A stretch of DNA of 63,497 bases, filler included, from Kipferlia bialata (lineage: Eukaryota), in the NCBI GenBank assembly GCA_003568945.1. It is 4 parts of 4 records of this genome, joined end to end, with 100 filler letters (N's around TTAATTAATTAA, not from the genome) between each part and the next. Parts side by side here need not be neighbours in the genome. Positions count along the whole stretch, not along the records: positions 1 to 19,632 come from BDIP01000121.1; positions 19,733 to 50,275 come from BDIP01000122.1; 2 more parts are not named here. One strand, written 5' to 3'. This document shows positions 11,901 through 24,234 of the stretch, in pieces. The position numbers were made by a program, and so were the translations under genes. How positions within the stretch are numbered: the first letter of the stretch is position 1; each line of letters starts with the position of its first letter. The notes beneath the pieces were generated by a model that saw only the letters and a program-made list of their open reading frames with translations, made no database searches and had not been told where the DNA came from.

Positions 11901-14900
11901 CCCGTGCCTTCCCCTCTGACACCTTCTGGGTCTGGCTGTTGACCTCGGCCTGGAGGGCAGCCAGGGCCTTCACATCGGAGTCTCTCTGCTGCTTGAGACC
12001 CAGACACTCCTTCAAAGCTGAGTCTCGCTGCTGTAGGAGGCCCAGACGCTCTCCCTTGAGCTTGGCAACATGGAGCTCTAACTCGTTGAAGGCAGCGCGC
12101 TGAGGATAAGACATAGCTAGGACACCGAGAATATTGACGATAACTGCTGGTGATACCTCTGACACAGACAGGGACCCATTCTGTGTCTGCGGGGTACCCC
12201 TACCAATCCCAGTTGGCACCACATGGTCACCTGGTGGTGAGAGAGAACATCTGAAACCAGAACTATTCATGCCTCCAACATACCTGAGGGGGCCTGGCCC
12301 CTGGGTGCCCCTGGTGTCTGCTGCACAGGGTCTCTCCTGCTAGTGGGTAAAGGTGCCTCAAGCTGACTCTATATGATACATTGAATAGAAGACAAAACAC
12401 TCACCTGGATTGTACACTAGGTCGCGCCCAAGCACCCATACAACGCTGGGCTAGCTCCAGAGCATTCTATAGGTGAGTAAAGATAGATTGATACAGTCTT
12501 GGAGTGACAGTGTAAACGTAGACATACTGAATACACGTTTTCAGCGAGGATACCTTGGTCTCTTTCCAAGTACGTGGATTTCCATCCACGCTGACCATCA
12601 ATGTGAAACTGGATGGCATACCTGAGTGTAAGATGTCTAGCACGTTAAAATAGTGTGGAAGGGTGCTGTCTCTAATATATATAGATATCACTATCAATGT
12701 CAGTGTCAAAAATGTCACCCATACACACCCTACTCACCCAGAGTCGAGTCCAGATGGGGTTGGACCACCCTGGTCAGGGCAGATGCTCTAAGGTTGGTCA
12801 AGTGCAATAGAACACAGCGTAGTATTCAGGAAGACAAATCATACAGTGGAACTAATGAATAACAGAATACCCACCTGAACACACGTCCAATTTCACTGCC
12901 GCTTGCAACGGCTTCCAGTAGGCCCGTCAGGGATGGGAGGGAGTGGACAACTGGACGCTAGCATTAGTAAGTGTCTCTAATGGGCATATTACATTGTATC
13001 ACAATTGTTAACGAAACAGAGAATTCCTCCATGCGCAGAGGGGCAAATGTGTCAGAGTGTGCATGTGTCAGAGACCATCACTACCACATTTGCCAACAAC
13101 TAAATGCAGGAAATTATTGATACCTCAAGGTTGGCGCCTGGTACCGAGAGGTATGGCTCTGACCTTGCTAGGTCAATCAAAGTAGCACAGCAGACCTGAT
13201 GCAGGGTGTTGCCGTGTCTCTGGAGTGTAAACCACTATACAATGAAATATGATACCACTAGAGACACAATATTCTATGAAAGAGACAAACATGGAATGTA
13301 CCTTCATGTGCCGGAACACATACACTGTATGGGACCTTGCGGCACCACTGTTGTGGAGAGGCCGGCTATCACGCATCGTCACAGCACGCTGTATGTCAGT
13401 GGAGTGGAGTCAATGTCAGCTGATGATCCGCATAGAAGATACTATGCATACTGTACCCATGGAATGACACGAATATATGCGCAAATATGAAATCATTACC
13501 TGCAACATCCTGATTCCACTGTTGGGATCATTCTGGTCATCCAGTGAACCCAACCGCTTGTGGATGTTGGTGTGGCCAGGTCCCACAACCTGTTGCATGT
13601 CTGGTGTAAGGGATACTACTAGATATTCACACATATATGTACCCACATTCATACTGCTATGGACAGAATAAGGGTGTAATAGCACCGCACCCTTGTATCC
13701 ACCAGTCTGCATCTGGTGCACTACAAGAGTCGGGTCTCCCCCTCTCCTGAATTAGCAAAGAAAGGCAAGATGGGTAAAACAGTTACCAGATATATAGCAT
13801 TTACTCATGAATGTGAATAGTAACCCGATACACTTACCCTTCAGCTCTGAGCAGGTCAAATGCCCTGTCATCTTCAGATATCCTAAACACACTCATGTAC
13901 AGACCAGGCTCTGGGCCGGACTGACTCACACTCTCCGACTGGGTGCTGCCCTGAGTTGGATACCCTCCAGCCACACTCCTATAGGGCAAGGGATAGCGGA
14001 CCTGGGGGTATGTGGACTGGGGCATAGGAATAGAGGGTGGAATCTGCCCAAATCCTGTCCCTTGGGTCCCGTATCTAGGCGTGGTGGGCGTCCGGTAATA
14101 CTGACTCTGTGTCATGGGGACTGACTGTGTGGGAGGGTTGCGGGCTGTATGAAACTGGGTGGGAGATGCAGAGACCCCATATTGGGATTCTGTCTGTGAT
14201 ATCACTCCAGGGACCTCAGGATACACAACCTCGGGATATACAACCTCGCCCCACATGTATCTGACGATGTGTTGCACCAGCCCCTCATCTGGACCAACGC
14301 CCAGCATGGTGCGGGCCTTGTTAGAGCCTATAGTTAGTCGAAGGGAAGTGGAGGAAAAGAGGGAGAAAGCAGGGGGGGGGGGGGGGGGGGAAAAAGGGAA
14401 AAAAAAGGGGGGGGGGGGGGGGGTAAGAGAGAGAGAGGTGTCAGTCTGGACTGAGTGGTGGTGGATATATATACCTGTGGGAATGGGCATGTGTTTAGGA
14501 GCATTGAGGTGGTCCCGTCTGGTCTGATCAGCATCAGCATCAGAGAGACAGAGGGGTCTCTCTCCCTCTCCACATACCCTTCCACCTCAGTGTCCTCACT
14601 CCTGCTCTGTGACTCCCCACCACCCACACTGCTGGCTATCCCCAGCACACAGCACTCCTCCCCACCCTGCACTCTGATGGCACCCACACCTATGCAGTGC
14701 ACATCCCTGCCAGTTAGAGAGGGGGAGAGAGATAGCTGTCACGCCCATGCAGTGGACATTACCAGGAGTCAGAGAGAGCGAGACAGAGAGAGATTGATAG
14801 AACCCAAGCCCATGTGGTGCACATCTCTAAGAGTCAGAGTGATGGGGGGAGGGGGGTAGAGAGCTACATATAGTGACACTGATCCTTAATCTCTAAGTGC

Positions 14901-15125
14901 ATGGATATACCTAACTGGCAGCACACTCCTCCCCAAGACAGGCACCGACCCCATGGCTGAGTGGGAGTATGTGTGTGGCACTCTGCCCATGTTGACAGTG
15001 GTGACACATGCAGAGACTAAGGCAGAGTGTCCATAGACAGACAGGACAGGGGGGAGGTGGGGGGCAGCCCGGGAGACAACGGTCACAACATCAGCAGCCA
15101 CACAGGTACACACCAGGTCCTGCAT
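8969..15125 (-). CDS. Multi-exon hypothetical protein (may be two genes) with coiled-coil and acidic low-complexity regions and C-terminal helicase-associated (HA)-like repeats
   Basis: Chain of minus-strand exons with canonical splice sites. Coiled-coil ORF 11593-12270 and E/R-rich ORF 10411-11217. C-terminal motifs ECSDKLDKRGFVWDPKAQEW and LYVWLDVQRERF...ELEE|YQIKFLNGIDPSW resemble the HA repeat pattern (W..QR...L..e.i..L..lgF.W). 5' end uncertain. Confidence 0.5.
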
Positions 15126-15960
15126 GGTCTGTTAACTCTCACTCTCTACCTCTCTCTCTCCCTCCTATGAATGGGATCAGTGACTGGGAGTGCAACTCAA
15201 TCAGTCTGGCTAGGAGTCTAGTCGAGGCCAACACTCAGATCGGCACCTCAGCAGTACCCTCTCTTGATATGAAGGACTCCTGCTGCCAGAGTATGCCTCC
15301 GCTGTTCTATAGTATGGCATAAGAAGCAGTCGGTACCGATACCGACCCAGACAGTCACTGACTCAGTGCCTGACAAAAGGGTCCCATCTCTATATATACT
15401 GTGCAGAGTGAGAGTTATTGTAGCCTATGGAGCCAGAACCGTGGCTGCCATAGCTAGGTATAATAGAAAATGAGAACCTCATTCTTCTATTGGGGTCGTG
15501 CTTGGCGGATGACAGTGAGAGATGGCAGGGCAATCATGACATCAATCAAGAGTGTGTGTTGAGAACACTGTCACTCACTTCTTGACTGGCCTGGGTCCCG
15601 ACCTCTTCTTGTCTGCTGCCTTCTGAGCCGGTGTCCTGTCATCCCCTGTGTTGGTCCTGTGGTCATGCCCTCCACTCTTCTTCTGACCACCTCTGCTGAT
15701 GGCATTGACTGACACTCTGCTCTGGGTGTTAGGGGAGTGCTGTTTCAGTACAGGACAAGTGTATACTTCACTAATGGATGGTTGCTCACCTGGCTGGACA
15801 TTATGGGGCTATGGGCGTACTGAGAGGCTTGGTAGAGAGGTGGACGGCTGCTACTCGACAGTGACTACCGCTGGACCCTTCAGCCAAAAACGTCAAACAT
15901 CATCAACACCTTGCTAGGCCTATTCAGGGACTTCTGTCACTCTCTTCAAGGAAGAGGAAG

Positions 15961-16520
15961 ATGGATCCGTGTGTCATCTGTTCCTCTGGGAGTGCACCGT
16001 CCCCTCTGCACCCCTCTGACTCTGCGGCTGTGTCTGAGGTTGCCCTCATCCTGAAGACTATTGTCCAGCAGCTCATGTCTGCCATCCAGTCAGGCAGCCA
16101 GCAGCAGGTGCAGCAGATACTGATGGCCATGGAGATGAAGGCGCCATATCTCCAGATGGCGATACAAAGGGCAGGTATTGACCATATCTTTTTCTCTTGC
16201 TCGTTGATACCTCTGTGTGCGCAACTCACCCAGGCGCCAGAGAGGTGATCCGCAGTGGCTCGTACTCTCTGCTGCACTACATGCTCAAGAAGATGACTCA
16301 GCTACCCGGCATTGCAGAGTTCTGTGTCTTTGCCATTGGCGGCATGACAGCAGGTGCGGTAATTTGCCAATACTTGACCTGAATGGAAGAATGTCTCGTG
16401 TGTGTCTCGAAGGGGGGGGTGGGGGGAGTCTCATACTCATACTCTCTAACCCCAGAGATCGAGTGTCAGTGTGGTATCCAGGCTCATGAGAGGGCATACG
16501 CAAAGGAAGGTGTGTGTTGC

Positions 16521-16551
<31 letters not shown>

Positions 16552-18888
16552 ACCCCCCCCCCCCCCCCCCCCTCCCCCCCTCCCCCCCCCCCCCCCCCCC
16601 TCATTGACAGGTCCTCTCTCTGCTCTCCTATCACAGGTCCCTCGTCTCCTATACCGACTCTCCCACCACCCCTCCTTCCATTAGCACCCCTCTCTCCATG
16701 ATGTGCAGTGTACCTATAGGTGTATACGGAGTGCAGGAGGCACTGCCACAGTTGAGTGATGCCCTGGATGCACTGCCCAAGGGGGTGGGGGAGGGGCAGT
16801 TTGTGGGTCTCTTGCTCTCCCGCTCACTGGAGGACACCCAGACACTGCTGGCCCTCCCAATGCAGCAGGTTGGTAGAAGATACCCTTTCTCTCACTCTAT
16901 ACGTTGCAGTATCCTCTCTCCATTTTCAAATGAACTCCCACCCCCCCCCCTCCCACCCAATCCGACATCCACACACCTCAGATTGGAATTAGTATATAGT
17001 ATGTACATTGGCTTATCCTTGACTCTCTATATCCTTTCCACTTTCACCCCAGGCCCTTCTCTCAGGCACCTCTGTCTACATAGCAGACTCTGGTATTGCA
17101 CACACTGCCAGAAAGTATGTGACACAGTTGGGATTCGTAACTCAGGGTATGTTGCATGCCGTGGAGAGTATATATTATGGGTATGTTATATCTCCCTGCA
17201 CTATTTGTCTTCTCTCTCTCACCCAGGCCCTCTCCTTGTGTGCCCCCTTGAGTCCCTCCCACCCCAGTCTGACATGGACAGGTGGTTAGAGGACACAGAC
17301 TTCAGGTGGGGGCTTATAAGTATTTGTTTGACTCTCTCTCAATCTCTCTCCCACCAACCCCCCCCCCTCTCTTTATCCAAGTCTTGAGGATATATATGTC
17401 TTTGGTGTAATATTTGTCTGATACACTGTGACCCCCACTCTCTCTATCCCATATCTACTACCCTATAACCTAGGAGTAGCACAGACAGAATGGGCACCAG
17501 ACACAGGGTGTACCTGCCAGACAGGAGGTAGAGTGAATGACGTATAGTACCGGCAGTCTAATCAGCAATGTTTTGGAGGTATCTGCCTCACCTCAGTGAC
17601 CACCTTCAGGCTGCCTGTCGCACTATGGCTGAGTCATTCGTAGAGGTATACGTGTGTGTTCTGACAGAGATCAAAACAATGTTCCAGTGTGACTCTATTA
17701 GTATCAATCATATATGGGTTTGTCTAATCACCTTTGCCTCTGTTTACCAAGCAATTCGCCCCCGTTCGTTCTTTCCATCTTGCTTTATGTAGTTACCGCT
17801 CCCTACATCTGACCTACTAGGACCCTGTTGCGATGTCTGTATTTCCAGTCGCAGAGGAGAGACCCTTGATAGTCAACTACAACCTGCTGAACGCATGTAC
17901 CCAGGTACGCTCTGTCCGGGACTGTGAAGTACCATTAGAATTACCGTATCTGTGTACTTTGATACCTAACTCCAGGGTGTTAGGTGTTCTGGTGTGTGGA
18001 CCCTGATACCTGATGGGTCAGATGTGACTCAGCCATCTGCTGTGCTACTAGGGGCACCCCCAGGGTGGTGAGTGGTGTGTCATGTCTTGGTCTCATCATG
18101 TTACCCTACTATAACATGTTGTCCAGTGTCTGTGTATATACTTCGAATGGTCTTCATTGCGTGTGGAGTATTCACCTCACCCCAGGTATGACCACCTCTA
18201 CACCCCCCTACCTCCCCACCTCCGTGTCCCCCCACCACCTGTGTGTATGGATAGACTAGCACGGAGCAGGAAGTGTCTAAGGTATATTCTTTAGATGAAT
18301 CATGATACGCTTCTCTCTACTGTCACACCTTAGTAAGGTCCTTACCCCAGAACTATCTTCTCCGACCATGAGTCTATGTGTGGTGGTCGTAACCACTACT
18401 ACGTGCACCATATCGCGACGCAGAGTGACTGGAGGGGCAAAGGAGTGGGGTCGATGCTGCTACGCAGAATGACAGAGATATGCGACAGGTGTATTGTTCC
18501 GTATATATACACCCGGGAATTATGCAATCCCTCTGATAGCTTTGGTGTGTCTGACTCCCAGACCTGAGAACAAGACCAGGATATACCTGGAGAACAGTAA
18601 CACAGACAACCTGGGGTTCTATGGAAGGTTCGTTCATTGATAGTACGTCCCTGTGGAACTAGAGACAGTCTAGTACTTGGTGTATTGTACATTTCACCCA
18701 ATCACTCATTCCCTAGGGTCGGCCTGACTATCCGCAAGAGGATAGTGATAGACGCAGAGGTTGGCAGACACACAGTGTATGTGATGAGGAGAGAGACAGG
18801 GGGTATCACCTCCAGTGGATCAGAGTCTGATGCAGAGGGTGGGGTGCCAGAGGTGGAGTATGTGGTCAGAGACGCCACTCTACAATAG
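15961..18888 (+). CDS. GNAT-family N-acetyltransferase with a long uncharacterised N-terminal extension
   Basis: Spliced frame runs from MDPCVICSSG... through ACRTMAESFVE|DPVAMSVFP, HYYVHHIATQSDWRGKGVGSMLLRRM (acetyl-CoA motif A, R/QxxGxG) and IYLENSNTDNLGFYGR|VGL (motif B). Stop at 18888. Confidence 0.75.
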
Positions 18889-19136
18889 AGGGGATCATCA
18901 TTCTGCTCAAGGTAGATTTAGAGTTTCTATAGCACAAAGCGGTTAAAATAGACTTCTTATACAGAGACATATAGTAGTATTTCGTTCTATTTGTGGGAGA
19001 TGGTTTCGTAGATCTACCAACTCTGTTGGTCCAAGCTTAGTTTGGCTCAGCTGGTCCCAAAAAATCGAAAAAGGGTGCAAGAAGACAGACTGGTCCATAT
19101 CGAGCAGTCTCTTCTTTTCTGTACCAAGGACCAAAG

Positions 19137-19536
19137 ATGTCCCACTGCGTCATATGTTCGGCAGGCCGTGTTCCCTCTCCTCTCCACACCCCAGACACCC
19201 AAGCAGCCAGTGTGGCCAAGGAGATCATCCAGAGTAGCTACACCCAGTTTGTGTTGGGTATGGACCATGCCAACCGGACAGGGGACCTCTCCCAGTTGGA
19301 GTATGTGATGCAGTCGATGCGGCAGAAGGGGCGCCATCTACACATGGCTTTGCGGCGCGCAGGTAGTGTTGTTGTGTATATGAATATGGATATTGTATAT
19401 CACACTCACCCATCAGGTGCCAGGGAGGTGATCCGTGATGGGTCGTACTCCCTACTGCTGGATATGCTCAGGACTATGGGCAAGATGCCAGCGGTTGCTC
19501 ACTTCTGTGTACATGCCATAGGCATCATATCCACAG
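19137..19536 (+). CDS. Tandem paralog of the N-terminus of the preceding gene, truncated by the contig end
   Basis: MSHCVICSAGRVPSPLH...MALRRA|GAREVIRDGSYSLL..M..A.FCV.AIG aligns to 15961-16353 with the same two intron positions. Confidence 0.8.
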
Positions 19537-19632
19537 GTAAAGTCACCGTAGATATCTGTCTCTCCTGTATCTGGACGTTGTGTTCTCAGGGTTGTGGGGG
19601 GGGGGGGGGTTATATAGTGCTTACTATCCTGA

Positions 19633-19732
19633 NNNNNNNNNNNNNNNNNNNNNNNNNNNNNNNNNNNNNNNNNNNNTTAATTAATTAANNNNNNNNNNNN
19701 NNNNNNNNNNNNNNNNNNNNNNNNNNNNNNNN
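19633..19732. other. Artificial contig join (N-gap with TTAATTAATTAA stop linker)
   Basis: 100-nt gap with the linker at 19677-19688. Confidence 0.95.
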
Positions 19733-20132
19733 GTAATTCACCGCGCCACCCCCCCCCCCCCCCCCCCCCCCGTACCCTCTCCCACCATCCCATGTGTATA
19801 TCTCTCTCTCTCATTGATGATACCACCCACATAGCTACTCACACCATATGTACCCACTGTTGTAACCCACAGTACACTGCAGTATCCCTTTTTACTCTTT
19901 CTCTCTCTCTATCACTCAGTGAGTGACTCACTCTTTCTCCCCTCCCCCCCCCTCTCTACCTGCAATTTAACAGGCAGCACGGCACTCTCTCTTCCTGTCA
20001 CCAACCTACTCTCTCTCTCCCAGTGCACTGCATATCGTATTGTAATTACTGTCAGACCCAACGGTGCGCTCCAGGAGCCCCTTCTAAAGTTACTCTCTCT
20101 CTCTTTCCCTCTCTCCATCTCCTTATACATAG

Positions 20133-22216
20133 GCCAAATAGCGCACTGCAGGAGCCCCTCCTAGAGCTGTTGTCCTTCAGTGCACTGGAGTATGACTTCA
20201 TATCAACACTCCTAAGCAAGAGACAGGTATCACTCGCAAAGATCATTGGAGACACATAGTATTAGAGAGTTATACACTATTCTCCTCTCTTCTCTCTTCT
20301 GACCTACTTAACATGAGTTATTTACTATTCCCTTCTCTCTTCTTCTACCCCACCTCTCATTCTCAGAAGTAGATAGTTGTTGCACCATTTTAGAATTCAA
20401 CAATTTCCCCTAAATATTTCAATTATTCCTTCCCTCTCACCCTCAGGAGTATGTTGCCCTTGCAGCTGCATCCGACAGTGTCACAGAGGTAGGAGCATCA
20501 TTATAACATCATGACATTATTGCTACATATTTAAGTGTCTGTTGAGGAGAGAAACTGTGAGTTTCTATTCTAACAATACCGTATGTAACCCCCAAGGAGC
20601 CCACCTGGGCAGAGGTCGAGCAGCAGAACGCCATGGCACAGTTCAGCAACGCTAAGGGTACGTTGAATTTAACGTCATACGGAGTACGGTGTACAGTGTA
20701 CGGTCTCTTTTACCCCCCAGTACAGAGTCAGGCACCCAGACAGGGCAAGGCCAGGGCACTTGACCTGAGAGAGAGTGTGCCTGTGCAGAGGCCACAGGGG
20801 GGAGGGGGGATAGACACATTCAGAATTGCAGGTATGTTATAGGTTTATATGTACACTTCTTTACTGTGTTATCCTCTCTCTCTATTCCTCTCTATCTCTG
20901 CAGCTACCTCATTCAGGTGCTGCCACTATGTGCTGCTGACATTGTGCTGCAAATACACCCCCATCTCTCTCTCCCCCACTACACCCTTATTTCAGGTGCT
21001 GCCACTGCTGACATTGTGCTGCCAGAGGGCACGGAGCAGACATCGGTATGTTGACTATTATAGTGTTATTGTAACACTGTTATTGACAGACTGAGGAGAA
21101 CATTCATTCATTCCCAGACCGAGCAGTGTGACTCCATCTATGACATTATATTCCTGTATACACATATATAGTAGTGCTCCATATTATACTCATGGTTGTA
21201 TTACTAACATGTCCAGACCGAGCAGTACGACTCCATCTATGTCCCAGCCAGCACAGAGCCACACAGCATGGAGAGGTACTATTATAGATTGTATCATATA
21301 TCTAAGCATTAATACATATATCACATACATATATATGGTATAGCCAAGGAGAAGCTACTATTATATATGTAGTATATGCGTATATGTCCCAGCCAGCACA
21401 TAGCCACACATCATGTAGAGGTGTGGTATACTGTATTACATGGAGCAATGTGTATATAATACTATCTTTACTACCTACTAGGACCCCTCTCTCCTGCTCG
21501 CCCCCTGGACCCACGGGGCATTCCTAATGCGTATATATATCAATGTATATATGTATTCACATATGTACTCACTAATAGAACCCCCCTCTCCTGCTTCCCT
21601 TCTTGGACCCACGGGGCATTCCTAATATATATATTCCAATACATATGTTATTATTCCTATTCCTGTCTAAGAAAATATACTAAGTATAAGGACACCACTG
21701 TCCTGCTTTCCATTGTGGACCCACGGGGCATTCCCCCCAGAGGTCAAGAGCCTGAACCCCATGCAGAGCCAGGTATAGAACAGTATACTACTGATATTTA
21801 CTATATATTATATTGTGACTTTCGGGTTCATATGGGCTAGAATTCATGTTGTAACAGTATTGAATTTAGATTGCGCAATTCCTTAACCCCAGGTCTACAA
21901 CGATGTGTTCAACAACAGTGGCAACGTCATTGTGGCAGCACCAACAGGTATATAGAAATATACATACACATATATATATTATATCACCCACATATATGAA
22001 AGATGTGTATTGTCTTTGTGTTATATATGTATTATAGTAGATCTACCTATCTTCACAGTGGCAACGCCATTGTGGCAGCACCAACAGGTATGTGCATAAG
22101 TGTAAATACGGTGTTTATACTAGTGGCCTAGTATAGTATTCTATATATATATATCTGCATTGACGTGCCTTTCTTCATAGTGGCAATGTCATTGTGGCAG
22201 TACTAACAGGTAAGAC

Positions 22217-22266
<50 letters not shown>

Positions 22267-23070
22267 TCCCCCCTCCGCACCCACTGGTAAGACAAGGTAC
22301 CCTATCACTCGGTCGATGGTTTCACTACAGTACTCCTTCTCCCCCTCTACACCCTTATTGCAGGTGCCGGTAAGACCATGGTTGCCCTTCTTGCCATCCA
22401 TATGCTATCTTTCTCTCTCTCTCTCTCTACACCCTTATTTCAGGTGCCGGTAAGACCATGGTTGCCCTTTTGGCCATTCTGAGGGAGATCAGGGAGTCGA
22501 TAGGCATAGAGGAGGAGGGAGAGGGAGAGGGAGAGAGAGAGGGAGAGGCCATGGCCAGGGATGCCTTTGGCAACATGCTCATAGTGTGAGTGGATGTTGT
22601 ATATGTACTGTTAGTTAGTATTAATATACCCTATGTATTCTGTGTTACTAACATTCAGCTACATCTCCCCCATGAAGGCCCTGGCCCCATTGGTACTATC
22701 TCTCTCTCTGTATATGTATACTCCACCTTCCATATATATATATATACCGTCTAACACTTAGGTATATCACCCCCATGAAGGCCCTGGCCACTGAGATCAC
22801 TGGCAAGTTCCAGAAATCACTGGGGTATCTATCAGGTATATTAATGTATATGTATACATATGGATGATGAGAGAGAGATATATATTAACTGAGATCACTG
22901 GCAAGTTCCAGAAGTCTCTGGGATACTTATCAGGTACTACTACTTTTTAGATATATATATATAGTATAGAAATATATATATATTGAGGGAGAGAGAGATC
23001 ACTGGCAAGTTCCAGAAGTCACTCGGATACCTGTCAGGTACTATTTTATATATATTAAGTATATATATTA

Positions 23071-23106
<36 letters not shown>

Positions 23107-23885
23107 AGAGGGTGATACTGAGATCACTGGCAAGTTCCAGAAGTCACTGGGGTACTTATCAGGTATATTGATATGTAGATATATCAGACATTAGTCTGTA
23201 ACAATATATGAATATCGAGAGAGAGAGAGATATACTGAGATCACTGGCAAGTTCCAGAAGTCACTCGGATACCTGTCAGGTACTATTATATATATATTAA
23301 GTATATATATTAGTACATATATATATATATGTTGAGAGGGGGAGAGTACTGAGATCACTGGCAAGTTCCAGAAGTCCCTGGGATACTTATCAGGTACTTG
23401 TACTTTTCAATTGATAGTATATGGATCTCTGTTTCACTCTATTTGGTTCTGTGATGGAGGTGACAGGTGACACACAGCTATATATATATATATATGTCTC
23501 ATGTATATGCATATTGAATGCATATACCACTACTATGGAATATCTTACTATCAGGCTCTGTGATGGAGGTGACAGGGGACACACAGCTGTCAGGCATGGA
23601 ACTGCAGAAGGTACCCATGATTTCTCTCTCTCACTCACTCTCTCTCTCACACGCACACACTATCGCTCTCCCTTTTGCCCCCGGTGCTCCCATATTCTCT
23701 CTCTCTCCCTATACATCCCAAATTCCAGGTTAGTACCATAATGTACTCTCCCTCTCTTTCTCTCTCTCTCCCCCTCTACACCCTTAATTCCAGGTCAATG
23801 TCATGGTGTGCACCCCTGAGAAGTGGGACGTGCTGGGCAGGAGGGCAGGTATATATATATATGTATATATACATATTCTAGTGAC

Positions 23886-23921
<36 letters not shown>

Positions 23922-24200
23922 GGATGTGCTGGGCAGGAGGGCAGGTATATATATAGACATATTTGTATATATATATATACATATACTATTGTTATAGAGA
24001 GAGAGAGAGAGACAGAGAGAGAGGAGTGGGATGAGCTGGGCAGGAGGGCAGGTATTATACAGAAGTATACTCAAGTAGGAGGGTAGGGGTATATATATTC
24101 AGTGCATTCAGCCTTTGTATCTTTTTGATAGACCCCTGACCCCCAGTTGGAGAGGACAGCCCCCTCAACATACATACACACACTGTCTCTTTTCTATATG

Positions 24201-24234
<34 letters not shown>

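Noticed and set aside
17075..17125. Zn-finger-like CLHSRLWYCTHCQKVC in the ORF track
   Set aside because: Splice phase puts this exon in another frame (ALLSGTSVYIADSG...).
19677..19688. Palindromic TTAATTAATTAA motif recurring three times
   Set aside because: Centred in exact 100-nt N-gaps, so it is an artificial linker. Gene adjacency across these joins is not biological evidence.
22762..23393. CRISPR-like repeat-spacer array
   Set aside because: The repeats are fragments of a eukaryotic exon ending in GT donors, the spacers are microsatellite intron DNA, and there are no cas genes.
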